From an uncultured archaeon (lineage in GTDB: Archaea; Altiarchaeota; Altiarchaeia; IMC4; SCGC-AAA252-I15), in contig CABMCB010000071.1 in the NCBI GenBank assembly GCA_902384455.1, positions 32,001-96,000 of the forward strand: a DNA stretch of 64,000 bases, in the 5' to 3' direction. The first letter of the stretch is position 1, and every line of letters begins with the position of its first letter. This document shows positions 57,745 through 64,000 of this stretch, piece by piece. Under the pieces are notes generated by a model. The model was not told the origin of the DNA, searched no databases, and saw only the letters and a program-made list of their open reading frames with translations. A program made the position numbers and the translations under genes.

Positions 57745-58598
57745 ACCTAAAGCTGGAAAACACCACAGTCACACTCGGCAACTGGACGCTCCCGCCCACA
57801 ACAATCACAGAACCCTCCGGCACACTAACGACAATACTAGGCCCAAGCGGAAGCGGAAAAACAACAATACTACGACTAATATCCGGACTAACAACTCCCG
57901 ACGGAGGCCGCGTATTGTTCGACGGCTTAGACGTAACTGGCATTCCTGCTTCCAAGAGAAACGTCGGCTATGTCTTCCAGCAGAACGCTCTTTTCCCGCA
58001 CATGACCGTCCTTGAGAACATAATGTTTGGAGCTCAAGCGCGAGGAATCAAAAACCCCAAAGAAACAGCGGAAAAACTGTTGCCTCTCGTGGAGCTTAAG
58101 GGATTTGAAGGCCGCGCAATAGACGGGTTATCCGGGGGGGAGCAGCAGCGCGTTTCCATAGCTCGTGCGCTTGCTTCTCGCCCGAAGATTCTTCTTTTGG
58201 ACGAACCGTTGACTGGGTTGGCCGCCAACCTGAAGGAAACCCTCAAGTCCCTCATAAAAGACGTGCAACGACGACTTAATCTGACGGCGGTATATGTGAC
58301 TCACGACCAGGAGGAAGCATTCTACCTGTCAGACCGCATCTGCGTCTTTTCCCACCGCGGCGTGGAGCAGGAAGGCACGCCAGAAGACGTCTACCGGAAC
58401 CCTAAAACAGAATTCGTCAAAAACTTCCTATCAAACCACGTTCTATCAGAAGCCGAAGTCAAAAAAGAAAAAAATGAAAATTACGCGGAAGGAAAAATCA
58501 GGATGCCGCTCCCACAAAAATTCAAGGCAGGCGACCGAATACTCCTGTCTCTAAACAAAACAAACATCAAAAAGAAGGAAAAACAGGACAAAATTTAA
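57741..58598 (+). CDS. thiQ: ABC ATP-binding protein (ThiQ-like)
   Basis: GPSGSGKT, LSGGEQQR, LLLDEP, VTHDQEEA; operon context. Confidence 0.85.
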   Translation: MNLKLENTTVTLGNWTLPPTTITEPSGTLTTILGPSGSGKTTILRLISGLTTPDGGRVLFDGLDVTGIPASKRNVGYVFQQNALFPHMTVLENIMFGAQARGIKNPKETAEKLLPLVELKGFEGRAIDGLSGGEQQRVSIARALASRPKILLLDEPLTGLAANLKETLKSLIKDVQRRLNLTAVYVTHDQEEAFYLSDRICVFSHRGVEQEGTPEDVYRNPKTEFVKNFLSNHVLSEAEVKKEKNENYAEGKIRMPLPQKFKAGDRILLSLNKTNIKKKEKQDKI

Positions 58599-58643
58599 TT
58601 TTTCTGCTCAAAAAGTGGAGTAATATATACGAGAGGCACAACG

Positions 58644-59375
58644 ATGGTACAAACACAACCACCACAGGAACGAGGAAGTCCGGCCGTAGACGCCTTCAGA
58701 GGAGTCGAGCAAGTAATCGGAGAGGTGCGAGTCACTCGTGAACTTGTGCGGGAGGCAACGGAAGGGTCAGTCAAATTCTTCACCGACCTAGCCCAAGACG
58801 CGCAGATGCCCAAGCTCCTCAACCAAGCGAGAGCCGAAGAAGCCCACATACGATCCCTCAAGCGGAGAATGGGAATATCCGACAGGGAACTGCCCGACGT
58901 AAGGCCCGTCATCGAAATAGGCTTTTCCTCCCTCGACAAGATGCTCGAGCAGAGAATAGACGACCCGCGGGAAAGAGCCCAAGTCAGAGGCGAAATACGA
59001 AAATTACTCCGCGGAGTGCCCAACGCGCTCACAGTCACCCTCGACACAGACGGAGAAGCCATAACAGCCTCATCAACATTCGACGCGACCCGACGGCGGC
59101 TGTTTAGAGGATACACCGGAAAAGACCGGGAAATATCCACACAACCAGACGAACTAACTACATTCGCCACAGACCTCGCCCTCAAATACCCCCAACTCGC
59201 CCTCAAATACCCAGAACTGGGAGAACAGCTAGGCACAGCAACGACAACCCCCCTACTCGAAATAGGGCTCGCATGCGGCCTAACCCAGCTAGGCGAGAAC
59301 CTCCGAATCGCGCGAGAAACCATACAAAAAAGGTTCCCCACCATAGAGCCGCCCACACAAGGCGGACAACCGTAA
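58644..59375 (+). CDS. Hypothetical protein
   Basis: 243-aa ORF; short LALKYPQ/LALKYPE tandem duplication. Confidence 0.65.
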   Translation: MVQTQPPQERGSPAVDAFRGVEQVIGEVRVTRELVREATEGSVKFFTDLAQDAQMPKLLNQARAEEAHIRSLKRRMGISDRELPDVRPVIEIGFSSLDKMLEQRIDDPRERAQVRGEIRKLLRGVPNALTVTLDTDGEAITASSTFDATRRRLFRGYTGKDREISTQPDELTTFATDLALKYPQLALKYPELGEQLGTATTTPLLEIGLACGLTQLGENLRIARETIQKRFPTIEPPTQGGQP

Positions 59376-59380
59376 TAACA

Positions 59381-59482
59381 ATGGAAAAAAACGACGACGT
59401 ACGGAAGCTAATCAATGACATTGACGAGACGATAGCGTTAATCCAAAGCATTCAAAGACGCTACGGTCCAGGAACCGCATAG
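59381..59482 (+). CDS. Possible 33-aa peptide
   Basis: MEKNDDVRKLINDIDETIALIQSIQRRYGPGTA, amphipathic, 5 nt after the upstream stop. Confidence 0.35.
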   Translation: MEKNDDVRKLINDIDETIALIQSIQRRYGPGTA

Positions 59483-59535
59483 TATTCCCCCCCCGGTTTC
59501 GTCGCATTGTCCCCCCGTACTATACATACGCCCAC

Positions 59536-60429
59536 CTAATTATCGAACACAGTCTCCTTACTCCTAGCTTTCTCTATCAGCTTTAGCCTCTCCACCGTGT
59601 CCATGTCTTCCACGAGCGAAGGGTAAGGCCCAGGTTCTATGTGAACTCCAGACTTGCTTCTGTACTCTTGCTTCACAAGAAGAGCCGTAAGAAGCCCCTC
59701 AAGCTCTGAAACTCCCACGCCTGCGCGCTCATACCTGCGCAGTATCGAATGCGCCTTAATCACTCCGCTTACGCCCTCGCTGAAAGAAACCCGGAATACC
59801 CTCTTAAGAAGCGCAGGCGTCATCTTCCAGGCGTTGCCCCTCAATCCCATAGTCCTGCGGGGATACACCGCGTCAAAAATGTCTCCAATCAACTCAATGT
59901 CAAGAGCACCAGGCTTAAACACAAGAAGATTACTATGGCAGAAATCCCGCACAACACCCTCCATTATGATGCGGTAACCCCTCTTATCAAACGACACAAG
60001 ATCCGCATCAACAACCCCAATAACAAGCCCACAACCCAAAAAAGGGCCGACTGCATCCATATACGCCTTAATCTCATCCACCTTCGGCATGACGTCATAA
60101 TAAATCAAAGCAAAAGGCGACTGTTCACCATACCTCCCAGACATGAAGTCGCATACACCCCGGATGTTTGAGCCCACAGAACCGTCAACATCAATAATCT
60201 CCGACCCAACAAGACCCCCATAAACCCTGCGCGGACCAGCAACCAAAACATCAGAAAAACAACCAGACTCCTCCAGAACCCTAATCAACTGCAAAATCAA
60301 AGGCCGACCCAAAAAAGAAACCTCCGCCCCCTTATACACTCCCTCAAGCGTGCCTTCGCCGTGAACCTTCTGCGTCTGACTGAAACGGGCGTTTGAGCCG
60401 GCAAGAACCACAACAGGAATATTACCCAT
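59536..60429 (-). CDS. NTP-transferase (GT-A/MobA-like nucleotidyltransferase) family protein
   Basis: VVVLAG, K.....GRPLI, YDVMP, DMDT. Confidence 0.75.
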   Translation of the reverse strand: MGNIPVVVLAGSNARFSQTQKVHGEGTLEGVYKGAEVSFLGRPLILQLIRVLEESGCFSDVLVAGPRRVYGGLVGSEIIDVDGSVGSNIRGVCDFMSGRYGEQSPFALIYYDVMPKVDEIKAYMDAVGPFLGCGLVIGVVDADLVSFDKRGYRIIMEGVVRDFCHSNLLVFKPGALDIELIGDIFDAVYPRRTMGLRGNAWKMTPALLKRVFRVSFSEGVSGVIKAHSILRRYERAGVGVSELEGLLTALLVKQEYRSKSGVHIEPGPYPSLVEDMDTVERLKLIEKARSKETVFDN

Positions 60430-60460
60430 ACGCTAAACTATTCCCCCCAACTTAGAAAAA

Positions 60461-61258
60461 CTACGTGCCAGCCCTACAAGAATTAGCAAAAGAAGAAACA
60501 GAAGCAACAGCCGCCAAACAACCCGCCGCAACAAAAAAACTATTGCCCACCTCCAAACCAAAACTTACCGCCCAAGCCGCAGCCACCAAAGCATCCACCC
60601 CAAAATCCAAAAACCTACCCCTCCTAGACGCAACACCCGCTGCCCGCGCAATCATACCATCCAAAGCGTCAAATCCAAAATACAACAAAAAACAAGCCAA
60701 CATCAAATCAAGCCTAAGATTCCAAAAACCCCAAACACCAGCCAAACCAAAAAAAGCGGCAACCAAAGTAACCCTATTAGGAGTAAAACCCAACCCGTAA
60801 ACCCCCCTCAAAAAACTAGTAACCCCCTCCGGGAGAGGCCGCTTCAAAGAAGAAACCAAACCATACTGAAACCCGCCGGCAAAAACAATGTACGCAGCCA
60901 ACAAAACAGGAACAAGACCCTCATAATCAAAAGCAGAGGCCGCCAACCCCACGGCAGTGAAACGCAAAATAAACTGGCTCAGACGCACGCCCCTATCGCT
61001 CTCAGTATTTGTCGCACGCGCCAAAGCGCCATCCAAATAACTGGCCAACTCAAACAAAACAAAACACAAAATCGCTAAAGACGGGTTAGAACGAGCGTAC
61101 AAAACCAAACCGCACGCAGGCAAAGCGCTCAACCACGTCAAATCCTCCGCAGTCAAGCCCCGGCGACTCAAAATCCGCAGAAAAGGAGCAACCCACCCGT
61201 CAACAACCGCCCTCACACCCAAAACCCAACCCCAAAAAGAAGACACTTCTACCCTCAC
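60461..61258 (-). CDS. CDP-alcohol phosphatidyltransferase with tandem domains
   Basis: SYLDGALARATNTESDRG and TPNRVT...DALDGMIARAAGVASRRGRFLDFGVD. Confidence 0.85.
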   Translation of the reverse strand: MRVEVSSFWGWVLGVRAVVDGWVAPFLRILSRRGLTAEDLTWLSALPACGLVLYARSNPSLAILCFVLFELASYLDGALARATNTESDRGVRLSQFILRFTAVGLAASAFDYEGLVPVLLAAYIVFAGGFQYGLVSSLKRPLPEGVTSFLRGVYGLGFTPNRVTLVAAFFGLAGVWGFWNLRLDLMLACFLLYFGFDALDGMIARAAGVASRRGRFLDFGVDALVAAAWAVSFGLEVGNSFFVAAGCLAAVASVSSFANSCRAGT

Positions 61259-61314
61259 CGCCGCAATAACGATTTTTTATAGGCCCAACCCCCTTAAATA
61301 ACTTCCACTCACCC

Positions 61315-61388
61315 GCCCGCGTGGGGTAGCTTGGATATCCTAGGAGCTTGCGGAGCTTCGGACCTGGGTTCGAATCCCAGCGCGGGCA
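61315..61388 (+). tRNA. trnR: tRNA-Arg(GCG)
   Basis: GCCCGCG/CGCGGGC; GGAGC-TT-GCG-GA-GCTTC; GGTTCGAATCC. Confidence 0.95.
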
Positions 61389-61407
61389 ATGAACACTTTG
61401 TTCGTAG

Positions 61408-62244
61408 TTATTTTTGTGTGATTGATCTGAGTGTTGCGGCGTCGTTGGCTTCTTTTATGCAGTTCATTCTCGTGGTTTGGTTGTTTAGTTGGTCGCAGAA
61501 TCCTGGGCGGGCGAGTCTCATTGCGGTGAGGGCGATGCATTTGTCTGCGTCTTCTGGTGGGAGTTTCTTGCAGAATTCTACGGTGCCTGTTTCCATGCTT
61601 AGTTTGAAGGCGACTTCGCTGGAGCAGGTTTTTTGAAGGTCTTGATTCGTTATTTTTTTGCAGGCGTTGTTGTCGCTGAAGGAGTATGCGACTGCTTGGC
61701 GGCAGTTGTTTGCTTTTTCCTCCGCGTCTATTTTTGCGCAGACGTCTGGGTCTTTGTACTTCAGAGCTGACTTCAGGAGGCACTCCGCCTTTTGGAAGTC
61801 GTCTTTCTCTCTTTCGCAGTAGGCTCCTTTGCCGTAGACTGCGTCATACAACTCTTTAGCTTTCTCTTGGGCGGCTTCTGCGGCTTCTATCCCGTAAATT
61901 AAGCCGACTTTCGCCATGCATGCTTTGTTCTGCGCGGAGTCGTTGAGTTCGTCGCAGACTGAGAAGTCTTTTTTGTTGGCTGCGACTATGGAAACGCAGG
62001 GTTCCCTGTTTTCAGGGTCCTTAAGGAGCGCGCAGGCAGCGGTAGAATTGGTCTGGGAGGCGACCGACTTGAGGCAGCTGTCTATCTTCTCCTGCGGTTG
62101 AGGCTGGTCGGCAAGGTTTTTCTCGCATAAGCTGGGGTCGTTTGCTTTGATTGCGTCGTTGACTGCTTCTTCTACCGGTGACTTGTCGCAGCCGCAAGCT
62201 AATACAACTAAAGTTAGCGTTAAAGCAATTACTGCCGTTCGCAT
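61408..62244 (-). CDS. Cys-pair repeat lipoprotein (same repeat as 52780-53940)
   Basis: LACGC lipobox; D...C..[IL]......C...VA repeats. Confidence 0.8.
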   Translation of the reverse strand: MRTAVIALTLTLVVLACGCDKSPVEEAVNDAIKANDPSLCEKNLADQPQPQEKIDSCLKSVASQTNSTAACALLKDPENREPCVSIVAANKKDFSVCDELNDSAQNKACMAKVGLIYGIEAAEAAQEKAKELYDAVYGKGAYCEREKDDFQKAECLLKSALKYKDPDVCAKIDAEEKANNCRQAVAYSFSDNNACKKITNQDLQKTCSSEVAFKLSMETGTVEFCKKLPPEDADKCIALTAMRLARPGFCDQLNNQTTRMNCIKEANDAATLRSITQK

Positions 62245-62354
62245 ACGTTAACCCTTACTCCTCAAGGATAAATACGCCATTTCACGCTCTATGTCTGAAT
62301 GTGATTCTCTGTCCTTCCACGGTCTTATTCTAGCTGTTTTTGTTCGGTTTAGTC

Positions 62355-62768
62355 TTAGTTTCTGCGTGGTTTTTTCGTCCTGCGGTAGCAGCTCCACACC
62401 ATTATCTTCTGGACTCTAAGTAGCAGTTCAGGGATGTTTATCGGCTTCGCCATGAAGTCGTCTGCGGTCAGCATGCCCATCTTCTTAGTCATTTCGTAGT
62501 CGTACTTTGCCGTCACGTAGATTACCGGAACATCAGATGCTTCCGTCATTTTCAGCTTCGCCCGGAGGGCGAATCCGTCCATGTCCGGAAGCGCAATGTC
62601 CAACAGAATCAGGTTCGGCTTCTTTTGCATAACGTATTTCAGGCATTCCGAGGCGTTTTTGACGCAGTCAACCGCGTATCCCCTGTCGTAGGACTCCATG
62701 CCACCCTTAACAGAAGAGAGAACCTCTTCGTCGTCGTCCACAATCAGAATCGTCGTCTTAACGGCCAT
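62355..62768 (-). CDS. Stand-alone response regulator receiver protein
   Basis: ILIVDDD, LLDIALPDMDG, VTA, KP. Confidence 0.92.
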   Translation of the reverse strand: MAVKTTILIVDDDEEVLSSVKGGMESYDRGYAVDCVKNASECLKYVMQKKPNLILLDIALPDMDGFALRAKLKMTEASDVPVIYVTAKYDYEMTKKMGMLTADDFMAKPINIPELLLRVQKIMVWSCYRRTKKPRRN

Positions 62769-62794
62769 TATTCCCCTCTCATTCACGTTAGGTG

Positions 62795-64000
62795 TTATCC
62801 CCTCCTTGCTAGTCCCCCCCTTGTCTGGGTTTTAGGAGGCTCAGTGAAGTCCGTAAGTAGTTGTTCCCTGTTGCCATATACGCCGAGTATGGCATCTTTC
62901 ATGAACGCAGTGAATTGTTCGACTTCCATTTGGTACTGAGGATTTGCTTCGTCTACCGTGGTTATCTCGGATTCTTTCAATGCTGCTGCCTGGATTCTGG
63001 GGTCGTCGGTTACGCCGGGTATAGGCTCCCTGTGAAGGCTCCTTGAAACAATCAATTCGACGGTCGAATCCTCAGTGGACGTGCGCTGCGAACCGTATGC
63101 CAGTAGGCCGTTTCTGGCTCCTGCTGCTCCCACGAGGTTGTTGAACAGCACTTGGTCTCTTATGTCTTTGCTTTGCCAGATTGCAGCGTGGGGTTGCTCT
63201 GAGTCGCCTTCGTGAAAGTTGAATACGAGGCTGCCTTTTTCATGGGCGAGCGCGCTTGTGAAGTCTCTTGCCGGGGCTGCAGGATTATGTTGTTCCCATT
63301 CAGTGAACGAATGTCTGAGTCTTTTTGCGGTTTCGAAGGCTTCAGCTGCCATGCCTGAGTCAGCCCCTTCTGCGGTCATCTGATTCAGGACTACGTCCCG
63401 GACTCCGTCGCCGTAAGAAATCATTCCTCCGCCTGCTACGCGGGCTTTTCTGGCGGCGTCAAGCACTAAGGGGGCAAGGTGGTCGGGCACGTCAATGCCT
63501 ACTCCTTCAGAATCCCTCCAAACCCTAAGGCGGCTTACGTAGTCGCTGGCTCCATACTCCATATGCTCCCTAAAATCAACCACCTCCAAAATTTCAGGGT
63601 CGGCCGCAAGCCTCCTCATGACTTCTATGGGGGTGGGCTCAGAACTGCGGTGTTCCCCCCATAATATCACGGGTTTCATTTCCAGCGCCTGCGCGGCCGT
63701 GTGCGCATTATCGAGGGTGCCTGTTGCGTCGTCTGCTTTGTGGGCGGCAAGGACTTCATTAAAGGGTCTGCCGTATCTTTGGCAGGCTTCTAGTGTGAAC
63801 GATAGGTCGTCTATCATGTTTTTTCTGGGTGTTGCGCCGTCTTCTTCGAAGAAGAGTTTTCTTAAGGCGGCGGTTCTCTCGGGTTCTATTGTGTCGGGGT
63901 AATGTAGGTTGGCTACTGCGTAAAGCACGTCGTGCGCTTGCTGCCGTCCGGCTCCCAGCGCAGTTGCAAGCATTTTTTCGGTGGCAACCGCTGGGGTGTC
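62795..64000 (-). CDS. Large hypothetical protein, 3' part (frame open to window end)
   Basis: No stop between 63973 and 64000 in frame. Confidence 0.65.
   Translation of the reverse strand, partial: DTPAVATEKMLATALGAGRQQAHDVLYAVANLHYPDTIEPERTAALRKLFFEEDGATPRKNMIDDLSFTLEACQRYGRPFNEVLAAHKADDATGTLDNAHTAAQALEMKPVILWGEHRSSEPTPIEVMRRLAADPEILEVVDFREHMEYGASDYVSRLRVWRDSEGVGIDVPDHLAPLVLDAARKARVAGGGMISYGDGVRDVVLNQMTAEGADSGMAAEAFETAKRLRHSFTEWEQHNPAAPARDFTSALAHEKGSLVFNFHEGDSEQPHAAIWQSKDIRDQVLFNNLVGAAGARNGLLAYGSQRTSTEDSTVELIVSRSLHREPIPGVTDDPRIQAAALKESEITTVDEANPQYQMEVEQFTAFMKDAILGVYGNREQLLTDFTEPPKTQTRGGLARRG

Overview
Archaeal chromosomal window, probably DPANN/Altiarchaeota-like (inferred from gene types, not from a phylogeny). 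Housekeeping genes: LonB, Kae1, tRNA-splicing endonuclease, aMBF1, Elp3, phosphopantothenate synthetase, Dph5, LeuRS, Asd and GdhA. It also has an S-layer-family protein, a complete gcvT-H-PA-PB-lipA-lplB-lplA-lpdA glycine-cleavage/lipoylation operon, thiN-thiBPQ and a NitT/TauT ABC system. RNA genes: a stand-alone 5S rRNA and five tRNAs (Trp-CCA with a 155-nt C/D-guide intron, Arg-UCG with a 22-nt intron, Ser-GGA, Ser-CGA, Arg-GCG). Most interesting signals: (1) four secreted proteins of three unrelated folds end in the same short 'LxxGWNL[IL]x[IVL]P' tail, a candidate C-terminal sorting/attachment signal. (2) tRNA loci are flanked by duplicated tRNA ends, single-gene islets and a recurring ~52-bp hairpin element; one tRNA-Arg 3' copy has a 55-nt structured insert in its T-loop. 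(3) A structured ~150-nt leader precedes a small Fe-S protein gene. (4) Clear operator arrays lie next to Lrp and TrmB regulators. (5) G+T versus A+C skew flips in blocks independent of gene strand. All calls are by eye; no database searches were run.
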